The notes below the pieces were generated by a model, which worked only from the letters and a program-made list of their open reading frames with translations, was not told where the DNA came from and did no database searches. The translations under genes were made by a program, and so were the position numbers. Shown piece by piece: positions 8,358 to 21,141 of a stretch of 32,000 bases of DNA. The stretch comes from Geobacter sulfurreducens PCA. GTDB lineage: Bacteria; Desulfobacterota; Desulfuromonadia; Geobacterales; Geobacteraceae. The stretch's first letter is position 1; each line of letters begins with the position of its first letter. The stretch is from assembly GCF_000007985.2 (NCBI RefSeq), contig NC_002939.5, positions 3,360,001 to 3,392,000 of the forward strand. The letters are read 5' to 3'.

Positions 8358-8409
8358 AAAAAGGGAAAAAAGACCCGGCCCCCCTGGAGGGGGTAAATGG
8401 GGAGCCGGG
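8358..8409 (-). terminator. Intrinsic terminator ending the dcw operon
   Basis: Minus-strand RNA stem CCCGGCUCCCC / GGGGGGCCGGG: 11 bp including one G-U pair, with a 14-nt loop. It is followed by UCUUUUUUCCCUUUUU. Confidence 0.65.
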
Positions 8410-8481
8410 GAATGAAAGCAGAGACCGGAACTGTTCCGGCGTGCCGGCCGCGACCAGCGAACGGCACGCCGGAAAATGCTG

Positions 8482-9633
8482 CTAGTCGACGGACTTCCTC
8501 AGGAAGGTCGGGATGTCGTACTGGTCCTCGTCGTCGATGAAGAACGCCTTCTGCCGCGAAAGCGAGGACTCGCGGGTCTGCTGGTTGCGGACAAAAGTCG
8601 GGATGTCGCGGTTCACCTCGGCCTTGCCGAAGGGGGTGACGTTCTTCAGCTCCTGGCGGGCCTTCTCCATGTCGAAGCGGTCGCCGAAGCCGGTGGCAAT
8701 AGCCGTCACCTTGAGCTGGTCACCCAGGGTTTCGTCGATGCTGACGCCGATGATGATGTTGGCGTCCTCGTGGACCTTCTCGTGGATGGACCGGTTCACC
8801 GCCTCGAACTCGTCCATGGTCATGGAGGAGGAACCGGCGATGTTCACCAGGACACCCTTGGCGCCGGAGATGTCCACCTCTTCCAGCAGCGGGCTGGAGA
8901 TGGCGCGCAGGGCGGCTTCCACGGCCCGATTCTCGCCGGAGGCGATGCCGATACCCATCATGGCCATGCCGCGCTCGCTCATGATCGCCTTCACGTCGGC
9001 AAAGTCCACGTTGATGAAGCCGCTGGTGGTAATGAGGTCCGAAATCCCCTGGACCGCCTGGCGGAGCACGTCGTCAGCCGGCTTGAAGGCATCGATGATC
9101 GACATGGACTTACCGGCGAGGCCAATGAGCCGGTCATTGGGGATAACGATGAGCGAATCCACGTGTTTTTTGAGTTCGCGAATACCTTCGTCGGCCTTGG
9201 AAAGGCGCTGCTTGCCCTCGCGGGAGAAGGGTTTGGTAACCACGCCCACGGTGAGGGCGCCCACTTCCTTGGCCACCTCGGCAATGACCGGAGCCGCGCC
9301 GGTACCGGTGCCGCCCCCCATACCGGCGGCCACGAAGATCATGTCCGCGCCCTTGAGGAGTTCCGCCACCTGCTCCCGGTCTTCCAGAGCGGCCTCGCGC
9401 CCCTTGGAGGGATCGGCGCCCGCCCCAAGCCCCTTGGTGAGTTGCCGCCCGATCTGGATTTTGGTGGGTGCCTTGGAGATGCGCAGGGCCTGCACATCGG
9501 TATTGGCCACGAGGAAGTCAACCCCTCCTACTTGGCTGTCAATCATGGTGTTAACTGCGTTTCCTCCGCTGCCGCCTACGCCGACTACCTTGATCTTTGC
9601 GCACTGGTCAATGCTTTCATCGAACTCGAACAT
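8482..9633 (-). CDS. ftsZ: Cell division GTPase FtsZ
   Basis: Tubulin signature [12 protein letters not shown]-terminal [11 protein letters not shown], and the C-terminal conserved peptide DIPTFLRK. Confidence 0.98.
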   Translation of the reverse strand: MFEFDESIDQCAKIKVVGVGGSGGNAVNTMIDSQVGGVDFLVANTDVQALRISKAPTKIQIGRQLTKGLGAGADPSKGREAALEDREQVAELLKGADMIFVAAGMGGGTGTGAAPVIAEVAKEVGALTVGVVTKPFSREGKQRLSKADEGIRELKKHVDSLIVIPNDRLIGLAGKSMSIIDAFKPADDVLRQAVQGISDLITTSGFINVDFADVKAIMSERGMAMMGIGIASGENRAVEAALRAISSPLLEEVDISGAKGVLVNIAGSSSMTMDEFEAVNRSIHEKVHEDANIIIGVSIDETLGDQLKVTAIATGFGDRFDMEKARQELKNVTPFGKAEVNRDIPTFVRNQQTRESSLSRQKAFFIDDEDQYDIPTFLRKSVD

Positions 9634-9684
9634 ACCCTACCCCCTTGTTGGTCTAACTATGATGATGCAAGTGAATGAACCGAA

Positions 9685-10920
9685 TCAGAAGAATTCCCCG
9701 AACCACTCTTTCATCCGGCGCGTTACCCGCCGGAACATGTTCTCGTCGGTCTGGGCCGTGGGGAATTCACGGATGCCCACATTCTTGCTCCCATACACGA
9801 CGAGTCCCACGCCGGTGGCATAGACCGGTGAGTTGACCACGTCGGTGAGCCCGCCGATCTGCTGGGGAAGGCCCCGGCGCACGGGCAGGTTGAAGACCTG
9901 CTCGGCCAGTTCCGGCATCCCCTCCAGAATGGTGGTTCCACCGGTGATAACGATCCCGGAAGCGATAAGATCCTCGAAGCCGCTCTTAACGATCTCCCGG
10001 TTGACCAGGGTGAAGATCTCTTCCACCCGGGGTTCCAGGATCTCAGCCAGGAGTTGGCGGGAAAGAACCCGCGGCTTGCGGCCGCCCACGCTGGGCACCT
10101 CGATGGTTTCGTCCTTGCCCACCATGGATGCCATGCAGCAGCCGTACTTCTGCTTGATCTTCTCCGCCTCGGCCATGGGCGTGCGCAGCCCCACGGCGAT
10201 GTCGTTGGTCAGGTGGTTGCCTCCCAGCGACAGAACCGCCGTGTGCTTGATGGCGCCGTCCACGAAGATGGCAATGTCGGTGGTGCCGCCGCCGATATCG
10301 ATGAGCGCCACACCCAGCTCCTTTTCGTCGGCCGACAGGACCGATTCGGAGGAGGCGAGTTGCTCAAGGACGATGTCGGCCACGTCGAGCCCTGCGCGGT
10401 TGCAGGCCTTGATGATGTTCTGGGCGCTGGCCACGGCGCCGGTGACGATGTGGACCCGGGCCTCAAGCCGCACCCCGCTCATGCCGAGGGGTTCACGGAT
10501 GCCGTCCTGATCGTCGATGATGAACTCCTGGGGAAGAATGTGGATCACTTCCCGGTCCATGGGAATAGCAATGGCCTTGGCCGCATCGATGACCCGCTTC
10601 ACGTCCTCGGAGCTCACCTCGCGGTTCTTGATGGCGATGACACCCTGGGAGTTGATCCCCTTGATGTGGCCGCCGGCAATGCCGGCGTAGACCGAGCGGA
10701 TGTCGCAGCCAGCCATGAGTTCAGCCTCGGAGACCGCCTTCTTGATCGACTCGACGGTGCTCTCGATGTTGATCACGACCCCCTTGCGCATCCCCCGGGA
10801 GGGACTTGTGCCGATGCCGACGATGTCGATGCCGTCTTCGGTCACGTTACCGACGATGGCACAGATCTTCGTCGTGCCGATATCGAGCCCGACGATCAGA
10901 TTATCCCTTCTTCCCGACAT
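9685..10920 (-). CDS. ftsA: Cell division protein FtsA (actin-like ATPase)
   Basis: Motifs VGLDIGTTKICA and DIGGGTTDIA. Located between ftsQ and ftsZ. RBS GAGGGGGG lies upstream. Confidence 0.97.
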   Translation of the reverse strand: MSGRRDNLIVGLDIGTTKICAIVGNVTEDGIDIVGIGTSPSRGMRKGVVINIESTVESIKKAVSEAELMAGCDIRSVYAGIAGGHIKGINSQGVIAIKNREVSSEDVKRVIDAAKAIAIPMDREVIHILPQEFIIDDQDGIREPLGMSGVRLEARVHIVTGAVASAQNIIKACNRAGLDVADIVLEQLASSESVLSADEKELGVALIDIGGGTTDIAIFVDGAIKHTAVLSLGGNHLTNDIAVGLRTPMAEAEKIKQKYGCCMASMVGKDETIEVPSVGGRKPRVLSRQLLAEILEPRVEEIFTLVNREIVKSGFEDLIASGIVITGGTTILEGMPELAEQVFNLPVRRGLPQQIGGLTDVVNSPVYATGVGLVVYGSKNVGIREFPTAQTDENMFRRVTRRMKEWFGEFF

Positions 10921-10935
10921 ACCGTTCCCCCCTCG

Positions 10936-11766
10936 CTAGCCTTTTTTCACTATGATCTTGTCCAGATAGTCGCAATCGATGTATTCCACCGCCGCCATGT
11001 GCTCCCTGAGCTCCCCGTAAATACGGACGAAGCGGGCGAGCTTGGCCTCGTATCCGCCGTTGCCCAGTCGGACCGGCACTCCGCCGGCCGCGGTAAAGAG
11101 CGTAAGGCCGAACCCCTTGTCCAGGTGTATCTCCGATACGTCGGCCAGGGTGAATTCTTTGCCCCTGCGCAACTGATCCATGAGCGCCACGGCCCCCTTC
11201 AGGGCCTCGCGGGTACCGACGGGGTCCCGCGCCAAGTCCTCCTCGGCGACTCCGGTGATAACCGGGTAATCGAGACTGTCACCCTGGGTGAGCGGCTTGA
11301 AGACCGTGCCGCCGGCATCCATGTAGTAGAGGAATCCCATGTTCACCACGGCCACCGGCACCCGTTCCACCACCTCGATGGCGAGGGTGTGGGGGAAATA
11401 GCGCCTGACCTGAACCTTGTCGATCCAGGGGTTCTTGGCCAGCTGGCTGCCGATGTCACGCAGCCTCAGCCCGAGCATGGAATCACCGGGACGAACCCCG
11501 GCCTGTGCGATCACATCGTCCCGCTTCAGGCGCTGAAGCTTCGAAACCTCGATCTCCTTCAGCGGCAGCGGCGCGAATTCCCACTGGGATAGGTAGCGGT
11601 ATCCGCCATAGCAGATGCCTCCCACCGTGGCCAGCCCGGCCAGGCCGCAGACCAGCCGGCTTCCCCAGGTAATGAGGGGGCGCCAGTTGATCGGCTTACG
11701 CTCCCGCTTCACGCGGTTGCGGGTCTGGGCCGGCTTTATCCGTGTCTTGACGTGCAGATCGCGCAT
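10936..11766 (-). CDS. ftsQ: Cell division protein FtsQ/DivIB
   Basis: Basic N-terminus, a single transmembrane segment ([19 protein letters not shown]), and a POTRA-like region. Located between ddl and ftsA. Confidence 0.85.
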
Positions 11767-11777
11767 ATGCTCCGCGC

Positions 11778-12728
11778 CTAGCTTCCGGCCCCTTCCCCCT
11801 TGATTTTCAGCTCAGCGGAAATCAGAATTCTCTCCACCAGGTCCTCGAAACCGATCCCGGACTCCTTGAGGGCGATCTCGGGCAGAAGGCTCAACGCGGT
11901 CATTCCCGGCAGGGTGTTCACCTCCAGGAGATAACACTCGCCCCCTTCCGTTACGAGGAAATCGACTCTGCTGTAACCGGAGCATCCCAGGGCGCGGTGA
12001 GCCGCTTCCCCTTCGGCCAGGAGCCTGCGGTGCAGTTCCGCCGGGAGTACCGGTGGGCAGATATGCTCGGCCTTGCCGGCGGTATACTTGGCCTCGAAGT
12101 CGTAGAACTCGTTCACGGGAACGATCTCGATGGCCCCCATGGCCCGGTCGTCCAGTATCCCGATCTGGATCTCGCGCCCCTTGATGAAGCGCTCCACCAG
12201 GATATCGTCATCATAGCGGAAGGCGAGCTCCAGGGCAGAAGGGAGCTCTTCCGGCGACTTGACGATGCTCACCCCCACCGATGACCCTTCCTGAGACGGC
12301 TTCACCACCACCGGGTAGCCGAACCCTTCCGCCACGGGATCAACTGTCTCGCCCCGGCGCACAACCCGGTAGGGAGCGATCGTGAGCCCCCGCGCGGCGA
12401 AAACCTCCTTGGCGACGATCTTGTTCATGGCAAGGGCGCTGGCCAGGACCCCCGATCCGGTGTAGGGAATGCCCATGAGCTCCAGCAGCCCCTGGACGGT
12501 TCCGTCTTCCCCGTAGCGGCCGTGGAGACAGATAAAAGCAACATCGATCCACTCCCGGACCAGAACCTGCGGGAGATCCCGGCCGACGTCCACGGGGACC
12601 GCGTCATATCCCCGGCTCTGGAGGGCCTTCAGCACAGCGCCGCCGCTGGCAAGGGACACTTCGCGCTCAGCCGAGAGTCCTCCCATAAGTACGCCTATCT
12701 TCGTGGTTTTCAGCTCATCCCTCGTCAT
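11778..12728 (-). CDS. ddl: D-alanine--D-alanine ligase
   Basis: Motifs [30 protein letters not shown] and ATP-grasp EVNTLPGMT. Confidence 0.96.
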
Positions 12729-12757
12729 TGCCGCTCCGCGCGGGACACTACAGCCCC

Positions 12758-13660
12758 TTACTCATCGCCGAAAATTTTGACTTCTTCTTCAAGAGCCGTG
12801 CCGCTTTTGAGCTTCACCGCATCCTTGATGCGCGCTGCCAGGGCCAGAAAATCGGCGGCCGTGGCACCACCCCGGTTCACCAGAAAGTTGGTGTGGACCT
12901 CGGACACCTGGGCTCCCCCCACCCGAGCTCCCCTGAGCCCCGCATCTTCGATCAGTCGCCAGGCCGCCTGACCGGGCGGGTTCTTGAAGAAGGACCCGGC
13001 ATTGGGGAAGCCGACCTGCTGGCTGGCGGTCCGGTGGGCCCGGCACCCGTCGATCCGCTCACTGATCCGTCGGGGATCGTCGGAATCGAGCACGAACGTA
13101 GCCCCGATGATGATCTCTCCCGGTTGCAGCTTGAGGTACCGGTAGCCGTAATCGAGCAATTCGCGCCCCTTGCATTCGAAGCCTGCAGTGCCAATGGTCA
13201 GGATCTCTTCGACCCGGTCGAGAATGGCACCGCCGTGGGCTCCGGCATTCATGGCAAGGGCACCGCCAACGGTTCCGGGAATCCCGCAAAGAAACTCCAG
13301 GCCGGCAAGGCCTTCGTTCCGGAGAAAGGCCGTCAGCCTGCCGTTGGCCACCCCGGCCCCCACCACGGCCCGGTTTCCTTCGAGCCGCTCCAGGCTAGTC
13401 ATGCGCGCCGACGAAATAACAACGCCCCGAAAGCCTCCGTCGCGGATCAGGAGATTGTAGCCTCCCCCCACAGCCAGCCAGGGAGTGCCGGTTTCGGCCA
13501 GAATCGCCAGGAGCGCTCGCATGTCGTCGGGATCGGCCGGGGTGACGAAGAAGTCCGCCGGACCGCCCACCCTCAGCGACGTATGGCGCGCCATGGGCTC
13601 GTCCCGGAGGATCTCCCCCCGCACTTCCGCCTCAAGCCGTGCCGCCAACCGATCGTTCAA
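12758..13660 (-). CDS. murB: UDP-N-acetylenolpyruvoylglucosamine reductase
   Basis: FAD-binding motifs [12 protein letters not shown] and GGGYNLL, plus the C-terminal [15 protein letters not shown] motif. Confidence 0.95.
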   Translation of the reverse strand: MNDRLAARLEAEVRGEILRDEPMARHTSLRVGGPADFFVTPADPDDMRALLAILAETGTPWLAVGGGYNLLIRDGGFRGVVISSARMTSLERLEGNRAVVGAGVANGRLTAFLRNEGLAGLEFLCGIPGTVGGALAMNAGAHGGAILDRVEEILTIGTAGFECKGRELLDYGYRYLKLQPGEIIIGATFVLDSDDPRRISERIDGCRAHRTASQQVGFPNAGSFFKNPPGQAAWRLIEDAGLRGARVGGAQVSEVHTNFLVNRGGATAADFLALAARIKDAVKLKSGTALEEEVKIFGDE

Positions 13661-13678
13661 AGAACCGTCCCGTGCCCG

Positions 13679-15067
13679 CTAGGCCTGCCGGGCTTCTTCC
13701 AGCTTCGCGAGGAACGCCTCGCCTGACTGCCAGATATTTCCCGCTCCAAGGGTCAGCACGATGTCCCCGGGCTGCACGATCGTCAGCAGGTGCTCGGGAA
13801 GCGCCTCCCGATCGGCCACGTAGGTCACGTCGCGCTGGCCGTGCTTACGGATCTCCTCGGCCAGCCGCTCGGCCGACACACCTTCAATGGGGGCCTCGCC
13901 GGCCGGATAGATATCCGTCAGTACCAGCACATCTGCGTCGTAGAAGCAGGTGACGAACTCGGCGAACAGTTCCCTGGTCCGGCTGAACCGGTGGGGCTGG
14001 AACGCCACCACGAGCCGCCTCTCGGGCCAGCCGCTCTTGCCGGCGGCCAGGGTGGCCCGGATCTCCGCCGGATGGTGGCCGTAGTCATCCACCACGGTGA
14101 TGCCGTTCACCTCTCCCTTCACCTGGAAACGCCGTCCTACCCCGCCGAACGTGGCGAACCCTTCCTGGATCTGGGAGAAGGGGACATCCAGTTCCATGGC
14201 CACTGCGATACAGGCAAGGGCATTCAGCACGTTGTGGGCGCCGGGCATGGAAAAGGACACCTCACCCATGCGGTATCCCTTGTAATGGGCCACAAAAGAG
14301 GTGGTGCCCCCTTCGAGCCGGATATGCGTCGCACGGATGTCGGCCTGGGACGAAAGGCCGTAGGTGACGAAACGCTTCTTCACCCGCGGGAGGATCTCGG
14401 CGATGTTGCGGTCTTCCAGGCAGAGCACCGCCAGTCCGTAGAAGGGAATCTTGTTTATGAAGTCGACAAAGGTGTCTTTGATCTGTTCGATCCCGCCGGT
14501 ATAGAAGTCGAGGTGGTCGGCGTCGATATTGGTCACCACCGCAATGGTGGGCGAAAGCTTCAGGAACGAACCGTCCGACTCGTCGGCTTCCGCCACCAGG
14601 AACTGACCCTGGCCGAGCTTGGCGTTGGTGCCGAGGGTGTTGAGCTTGCCGCCGATCACGATGGTAGGGTCGATGCCGCCGTGGGTAAGAACCGTCGCCA
14701 CCATGGAAGTGGTGGTGGTCTTGCCGTGGGTGCCCGCGATGGCGATGCCGTACTTCATCCGCATCAGTTCCGCCAGCATCTCGGCCCGGGGGATAACCGG
14801 AATCATCCGCCGCTTGGCCTCGACCACCTCAGGATTGTCATCACGGACCGCCGTAGAGGTTACCACCACGTCCACATCGGCCACATTCTCCCGGCCATGC
14901 CCGAAGCGGATTTCTCCCCCGAGCGAGGCGAGGCGGTCGGTGGTATCGGACTGTTTCAGATCGGAGCCCGACACCTTATATCCCAGGTTGAGGAGAACCT
15001 CGGCAATGCCGCTCATGCCGATGCCGCCGATGCCGACGAAGTGAATTTTCTCTATTTTACCGTACAT
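13679..15067 (-). CDS. murC: UDP-N-acetylmuramate--L-alanine ligase
   Basis: Motifs [17 protein letters not shown] and Mur-ligase P-loop [11 protein letters not shown]. Confidence 0.97.
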   Translation of the reverse strand: MYGKIEKIHFVGIGGIGMSGIAEVLLNLGYKVSGSDLKQSDTTDRLASLGGEIRFGHGRENVADVDVVVTSTAVRDDNPEVVEAKRRMIPVIPRAEMLAELMRMKYGIAIAGTHGKTTTTSMVATVLTHGGIDPTIVIGGKLNTLGTNAKLGQGQFLVAEADESDGSFLKLSPTIAVVTNIDADHLDFYTGGIEQIKDTFVDFINKIPFYGLAVLCLEDRNIAEILPRVKKRFVTYGLSSQADIRATHIRLEGGTTSFVAHYKGYRMGEVSFSMPGAHNVLNALACIAVAMELDVPFSQIQEGFATFGGVGRRFQVKGEVNGITVVDDYGHHPAEIRATLAAGKSGWPERRLVVAFQPHRFSRTRELFAEFVTCFYDADVLVLTDIYPAGEAPIEGVSAERLAEEIRKHGQRDVTYVADREALPEHLLTIVQPGDIVLTLGAGNIWQSGEAFLAKLEEARQA

Positions 15068-15069
15068 GG

Positions 15070-16164
15070 TTACTCTTCTTTCCTTGTGCTTGCCACCATC
15101 TCGTCGACGATGGCCTGGGCCGCATCAAGCCGGGCAAGCTCCTGGGCCGCCTCGCCGACAGCCTTGAGCCGCGCCGGGTCGTCCATGAGATCGCGGATCG
15201 CCTGTGCCAGCACCTCGCCTGAAAGTTCCTGCTCGATTATGACGAACCCGGCTCCCCGCTTGAGAAGCGATTCGGCGTTGCGGCGCTGGTGGTCGTCCAC
15301 GGCATGGGGGTAAGGGATGAAGATGCAGGGCTTGCCGCAGGCGGTTACCTCGGCGAGGGTGGTGGCCCCTGCCCGGCAGACGATCAGGTCGGCCCAGCGA
15401 TAGGCATCGGCCATGGAGTCGATGAAGGCCACCACATCAGCCGTAAAGCCTTGCTCTTCATAGGCGGCGGTGACATCCTCCAGATCGTTCTCACCGGTCT
15501 GGTGGGTGATCCGCAGTCTCCCCTTCGCCTCCTTCAGGGAGGGCAGAGCCTCGCCCATGGTCAGGTTGATCCGGTGAGCGCCGGCACTCCCGCCGAAGAC
15601 CAGGAGATGGAAGGCGTCATCGCCTCTCTCCCGGGACTCCGCCAGGGCAACCTGCTCCAGTATCTGGCGGCGAAGCGGATTGCCGGTCAGGAGCGTCTTG
15701 TCCTCGGGGAAATACGTCCGCGACTCCTCAAGAGAGATGAATATCTTGTCTGCCACCTTGGCCAACATCCGGTTGGTGAAGCCCGGGATAGCGTTCTGCT
15801 CGTGGATGAAGCGCGGGATCTGCATTCCCCGCGCCGCCATCAGGGTGGGCGCCGAAGCGTATCCGCCGACGCCGAGCACCAGGTCCGGCCTGAACTCCTT
15901 CAGTATCTTGCGCGACTGGGCGTAGCCGTAGAGGAATTTGGCAAGCCCCTTGGCCCGGGCCAGGCTTCCCTTGCCCCGAATACCGGCTGCGGTGATGCAT
16001 TCGAGCCGGTACCCCGTTTTCGGCAGCACCCTCGCCTCGATCCCTTTCCAGGTTCCCACGAAGAGGACTTCATTCTGTTTGTCGCGGGCGAGGAACTCCT
16101 CGGCCACCGCTATGCCCGGGAAGAGATGCCCGCCCGTTCCCCCTCCGGCTATCAGCAGCTTCAT
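15070..16164 (-). CDS. murG: Undecaprenyldiphospho-muramoylpentapeptide beta-N-acetylglucosaminyltransferase
   Basis: N-terminal [17 protein letters not shown] and a GT28 C-terminal domain ([10 protein letters not shown]). Confidence 0.96.
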   Translation of the reverse strand: MKLLIAGGGTGGHLFPGIAVAEEFLARDKQNEVLFVGTWKGIEARVLPKTGYRLECITAAGIRGKGSLARAKGLAKFLYGYAQSRKILKEFRPDLVLGVGGYASAPTLMAARGMQIPRFIHEQNAIPGFTNRMLAKVADKIFISLEESRTYFPEDKTLLTGNPLRRQILEQVALAESRERGDDAFHLLVFGGSAGAHRINLTMGEALPSLKEAKGRLRITHQTGENDLEDVTAAYEEQGFTADVVAFIDSMADAYRWADLIVCRAGATTLAEVTACGKPCIFIPYPHAVDDHQRRNAESLLKRGAGFVIIEQELSGEVLAQAIRDLMDDPARLKAVGEAAQELARLDAAQAIVDEMVASTRKEE

Positions 16165-17282
16165 GGTGCCCCCTTGAGCCGCGTCGAGATATTGAGAAGG
16201 ATACCCACTGCGAACAGTGTCACGATCAATGAACTTCCTCCGTAGCTGATAAAGGGAAGCGCCAGGCCTTTGGTGGGAAGGAGTCCCGTCACCACCGCCA
16301 TGTTGACGAACGACTGGATCCCGAGCAGCGTGGCAATGCCGAATGCCAGGAACCGCCCGAAGGGCTCCTGGGCCATGAGCGCTACCCGGACGCCGCGCAG
16401 GACCAGCATGAGGAACATGGCGGCGATGACCGTTACGCCGATAAGCCCCAGTTCTTCGCCGGTTACCGACAGAATGAAGTCCGTATGGGCCTCGGGGAGA
16501 TAGAACATTTTCTGTTTGCCCTCACCGAGACCCTGGCCGAGCACCCCACCATTGCCGAAGGCAAGCCATGATTGGATGATCTGGAAACCGGTGTCGGTGG
16601 GGTCCTCCCACGGGTTGAGATAGGCAAGGATGCGCCGCCGCCGGTAATCAACGTTCATGACGAGGAAGTAGAGGATCGGCAGAGCCATCATTCCCATGGC
16701 GATGATGTAGCGCGGCCGGGTCCCCGCCGCGAAGAGCATGATAATTGCCACCAGTCCCATGGTCAGGGCCGCGCCCAGGTCGTGCTGCTTGAGAAGAATC
16801 AGCAGGACGACGGACAGGAGCACCATGTACGGGAGAAAGCCCGTGGAAAAGAATTTCACCTTATCCTGCTTTTTATCGAGTGAATAGGCCATGTAGACGA
16901 TGAGCGCAATCTTGGTTAGCTCCGACGGCTGGAAGTTGAATCCCGGCAGTCTGATCCATCGGGACGCCCCTTTGGCCGCTCCGCCGATCCCCGGGATGAA
17001 GACGAGAAACAGGAGAAAGAGGCAGCCCAGCAGGATCGGGACAGCGTACTCGCGCCAGGTGCGGTAGTCGATCCGCATGGCAACGGCCATGACGCCGAAG
17101 CCGAGAAGCGCGTATACCCCTTGGCGCTTGAGAAAGTAGAACCCGTCGTGAAACTTTTTGGTAGCCATGACCGAGGAGGCCGAGTAGACCATCACCACCC
17201 CGAAGCAGGTGAGAGCCACCGCCATGAGGAGGATCACGAGGTCGTAGCGTTCGATCTCCTTTACGTTCAGGCCCAGGTTCAC
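16161..17282 (-). CDS. ftsW: SEDS-family peptidoglycan glycosyltransferase FtsW
   Basis: Polytopic membrane protein with SEDS motifs ([27 protein letters not shown]). It overlaps murG by 4 nt and murD by 4 nt. Confidence 0.93.
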
Positions 17283-18637
17283 GGCGTGCCTCCCGGACTC
17301 AGCGCATCAACGGCGGCGCGGAACCGCTGCGCCCGCTCTTCGTAATCGCGGAACATGTCGAAGCTGGAACAGGCGGGCGAGAAGAGGACCACTCCCCCCG
17401 GCTGCGTCAGTGAGGCGGCCAGTTCCACGGCATCTTCCAGGGTTACTGCCATGCGGGTGTCCGTGAGATGCCCCAGTTCACGGGCCATTCGATCCTTTGC
17501 CTCGCCGATCAGGATCATATGCCGTACGCGCTCGGCCACGAGTCCGGCGAGGGGGGCATAGCTGCCCCCCTTGTCTTTGCCGCCGGCGATGAGGGTGATG
17601 TCGTTGAAGCTAGCCAGCGCCTTTTCCACGCTCCCCACGTTGGTGGCCTTGCTGTCCTCGAAGTACCGGACACCGTTGAGTTCGCGCACCAGTTCCATCC
17701 GGTGGGGGAGTCCGCCGAACGCCTCAACGCACGCCAACGCCCGGTCGGCATCGCATCCCAGAAGCAGCGCGGCGGCAAGGGACGCCATGATGTTCTCAAT
17801 GTTGTGGACCCCGGTGATCCTGAAGCGGTCCGTGGGAAACCGCTCCTGGCGACCGGCGTGGCGGAAGATGATGGCCCCGTCCCGATAGAATATCCCCTCG
17901 CCAAGCTCCCGTTGCCGGCTCATGGGGAACACTGCAGCGCACGTCCTGCCGGCCAGACCTGCCACGATCGGATCGTCCACGTTGAGGACCGCCCAGTCCG
18001 ACGCGGTCTGGTTCTTGAAAATCCGGGCCTTGGCGTCGATGTACTCCTGATAGGTGGCGTACCGGTCCAGGTGGTCTTCGGTGATGTTGAGGAGCACCGC
18101 GACCGTGGGCCGGAACGAGCGGATCCATTCGAGCTGGAAGGAGCTGATCTCCACCACCACCCGGTCCACTGCCGCCCCGGTCTCCACCAGTTCGATGAGC
18201 GGGTTGCCGATATTTCCTCCAACGAACGTCCGGAACCCGCATCCCGCGAAGAGTTCGCCGGTGAGGGTCGTGGTGGTCGTCTTGCCGTTGGTGCCCGTGA
18301 TGGCCACCAGAGGCGCAGTGATGAACCTGGACGCAAGCTCGATCTCGGTAATGACCTCACGTCCGGCCCGTCGTGCCGCCTGGAGATAGGGGCTTTCCTG
18401 GGGGACGCCCGGGCTTACCACCACCGTTTCGGCGGCAGCGAAGTCGGCCTCGTCGTGACGTCCCAGCACGTAGCTCACAGGGTGGCCGGCCAGTTGCTCC
18501 AGGGGCCCGGCCAGGGCGGCCTCGTCCCGCAAATCGGTCACGGTCACCCGGGCGCCCTGCGCCGCGAGGAAACGGGCAACCGCCACGCCGGTCCGGGCGA
18601 GGCCCACAACGAGTATGTTCTTTCCTTTGAGGTCCAT
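17279..18637 (-). CDS. murD: UDP-N-acetylmuramoylalanine--D-glutamate ligase
   Basis: Motifs [15 protein letters not shown] and [11 protein letters not shown], with a Mur-ligase C-terminal domain. Confidence 0.96.
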
Positions 18638-18638
18638 G

Positions 18639-19715
18639 CTATCTCAGCTTCAGCGTCGAAATGGCGACTAGCGCAAGAATGATGGTGATGATCCAGAACC
18701 TGACGATGATCTTCGGCTCCGCCACCCCTTTCAGTTCGAAGTGGTGGTGGATGGGCGCCATCCGGAAGATCCGCTTGCCCCGGTACTTGTACGACCCGAC
18801 CTGGAAGATGACCGACAGGGCCTCCACCACGAAAATGCCGCCCACGATCACCAGCAGCATCTCCTGCTTGGTGATGACCGCCAGGATGCCGAGCCCGCCC
18901 CCCAGAGAAAGCGAGCCCACGTCTCCCATGAAGACCTCGGCGGGATAGGCGTTGTACCAGAGAAACCCGATGCCGGCGCCCACCATGGCGCCACAGAGGA
19001 CCGCCAGCTCACCGGCTCCCGGCACATAGGGAGTCTGGAGATAACTGGAAAGTTTGGCATTCCCCGCAATGTAGGCAAAAAGCAGAAACGTGGCTGCATT
19101 GATGGCAACCGGCCCGATAGCGAGGCCGTCGAGACCGTCGGTCAGGTTCACGGCATTGCTCGCCCCCACGACAACCAGCATGCCGAAGGGAATATAGAGA
19201 TAGGAAAGGTCAGGGTGCAGCCGCTTGAAGAAGGGCACCGAAAGCTCCGTGGACATGCCGGCGACGAGGACGAGGAAGCAGACGGCTCCGCCCGCGATGA
19301 GCATCTGCCAGAACATCTTCTGACGAGGCGAGAGCCCCTTGGTATCCTTTTCCACCACCTTTTTGTAATCGTCGGTGAAGCCGATAAGGCCGTAGCCGAG
19401 GATCACGAAAAGTGTCGTCCAGACGTACCGGTTCGTCAGATCGGCCCAGAGCAGTGTCGGAATGACGATGGATGCGAGGATGAGGATCCCCCCCATCGTG
19501 GGGGTTCCCGATTTTTTCAGGTGCGACTCGGGGCCATCGGTTCGGATCACCTGACGGGCCTGGAGCGCCTCCAGCTTTCGGATGACCCACGGTCCCAGGA
19601 TGAACGAAACCACCAGGGCAGTGATGACGGCATAGATGGTCCGGAACGTCAGATATTTGAAGACGTTGAAGATCCGAAAGTCGGCGGCCAGTGGATAGAG
19701 CAGATGATACAGCAT
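18639..19715 (-). CDS. mraY: Phospho-N-acetylmuramoyl-pentapeptide transferase
   Basis: Motifs Kx[27 protein letters not shown] and APIHHHFE. Confidence 0.97.
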
Positions 19716-21139
19716 TAGACGTGGCCCCCTTTGCCGCCGGAGGCGGCGAACGCCTCTCTGATTCCCTCGGCGACCCGATCCATGGCCATGCCGCGGGAGC
19801 CCTTCACCAGAATCATCTCGCCCGTTGCAGCCGTCCGCCGCAGATCGGCAACAATCTCGCCGTGATCGGCGGCGATCGTTACGTGGCGCTCTTCCAGCCC
19901 CCCTTCAAGGGCACCGGCGGCAACGGTCCCCGCCATGGCACCAAGCACGTAGAGCCGGTCGACGCACGTGGCGGCCAGCCGCCCCAATTGCCGATGAGCT
20001 TCTTCTGCTCCGATACCCAGTTCAAGCATGTCACCCAGCACCGCGACGGCCCGGCCGCTCCCTTTGATCTCCCGCAAGGTGGTCAGGGCTGCGGCCATAG
20101 AGGCTGGATTGGCGTTGTAGCTGTCGTCGATCAGCACCACGTCCCCCACTTCTTCCAGGTTGAAGCGCCGAGCATAGGGCATGAATTCGCCGAGCCCACG
20201 GGCGATCTCCTCGGGCGCAACGCCGAGCACGCGGGCTGCTGCAGCGGCGGCCAAGGCGTTGGCCACATTGTGGCTGCCAAAGGCGTGCAAGGTAACGGTG
20301 ACACGACCGTTGGGCAACCGTAACGTGAACCGCTGCCCTTTTTTCCCCAGATTCTCCACGTCTTCCGCTGTCACGTCGCCGCCCCTGAGCCCAAAAGAGA
20401 CGCGCTTCACTCCTTCAGGGCTGGGACAGCGGGCAATGAGCGGGTCATCGGCGTTATAGACGGCACTGGAGCCCGGCTCAAGCCTCAAAAAGAGTTCCCC
20501 CTTGGCCCGGGCAACCCCTTCCACGCTGCCGAGGGTTTCCAGGTGTGCCGGATAGGCATTGGTGATGATACCCACGTCGGGCCGAACGATCTCGGCGAGC
20601 CGGTCGATCTCACCGAATTCGCTCATCCCTATTTCCAGCACCGCCCACCGGTGGACCCCGGAGAGCCGGAACAGCATGCGGGGCACACCGATCAGGTTAT
20701 TGAGGTTCCCCTCCGTCTTCAGTCCCTCGCCGGTCCGGGCCAGAATCGCCGCCAACATCTCCTTGGTGGTGGTCTTGCCATTGCTCCCGGTCACCGCCAC
20801 AACGGGGATGTCAAACCGCCGACGGTGGCATGCCGCCAGGTCGCCCAACGCCCGCAACGTGTCGTCCACGACAATACAGGTCACATCGGCCGGGAGCTGA
20901 CGCCCCGCCAGCCACTGCCGCTCAACCAGGGTCAGCCGCACACCCCGGGCACGTGCCGCGTCCAGGTAATCGTGCCCGTCAAATCGCTCACCCCGCAACG
21001 GGATGAAGAGCTCGCCGGGCTCCACGGTACGCGAATCGGTGGAAACGCCGGAGGCTCCGATTGTCTCGCCTCCCGCCACGATCTCCCCGCCTGTAGCCCC
21101 CAGTATGTCATCGAGCGTAAACAGCACGTCCCCGTCCAA
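19715..21139 (-). CDS. murF: UDP-N-acetylmuramoyl-tripeptide--D-alanyl-D-alanine ligase
   Basis: Motifs [13 protein letters not shown] and DDSYNANP. The annotated start at 21139 is TTG, with GGAGAA 5 nt upstream inside the murE 3' end. Confidence 0.93.
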   Translation of the reverse strand: MDGDVLFTLDDILGATGGEIVAGGETIGASGVSTDSRTVEPGELFIPLRGERFDGHDYLDAARARGVRLTLVERQWLAGRQLPADVTCIVVDDTLRALGDLAACHRRRFDIPVVAVTGSNGKTTTKEMLAAILARTGEGLKTEGNLNNLIGVPRMLFRLSGVHRWAVLEIGMSEFGEIDRLAEIVRPDVGIITNAYPAHLETLGSVEGVARAKGELFLRLEPGSSAVYNADDPLIARCPSPEGVKRVSFGLRGGDVTAEDVENLGKKGQRFTLRLPNGRVTVTLHAFGSHNVANALAAAAAARVLGVAPEEIARGLGEFMPYARRFNLEEVGDVVLIDDSYNANPASMAAALTTLREIKGSGRAVAVLGDMLELGIGAEEAHRQLGRLAATCVDRLYVLGAMAGTVAAGALEGGLEERHVTIAADHGEIVADLRRTAATGEMILVKGSRGMAMDRVAEGIREAFAASGGKGGHV

Positions 21140-21141
21140 CC

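Noticed and set aside
8476-9678. 400-aa plus-strand ORF (and the 436-aa ORF at 8513-9823) lying exactly antisense to ftsZ.
   Set aside because: The products are low-complexity and Gly/Asp/His/Leu/Val-rich, with no motifs. They mirror a gene with unambiguous FtsZ signatures. This is a classic shadow ORF of GC-rich DNA.
10054-11592. 512-aa plus-strand ORF antisense to ftsA/ftsQ. Similar long antisense ORFs occur at 13790-15313, 15289-16245, 17468-18682, 18741-19718, 21199-22509 and 12728-13726.
   Set aside because: All overlap strongly supported Mur/Fts genes on the opposite strand and span gene boundaries. They have biased Arg/Gly/Pro/His composition and no recognisable domains.
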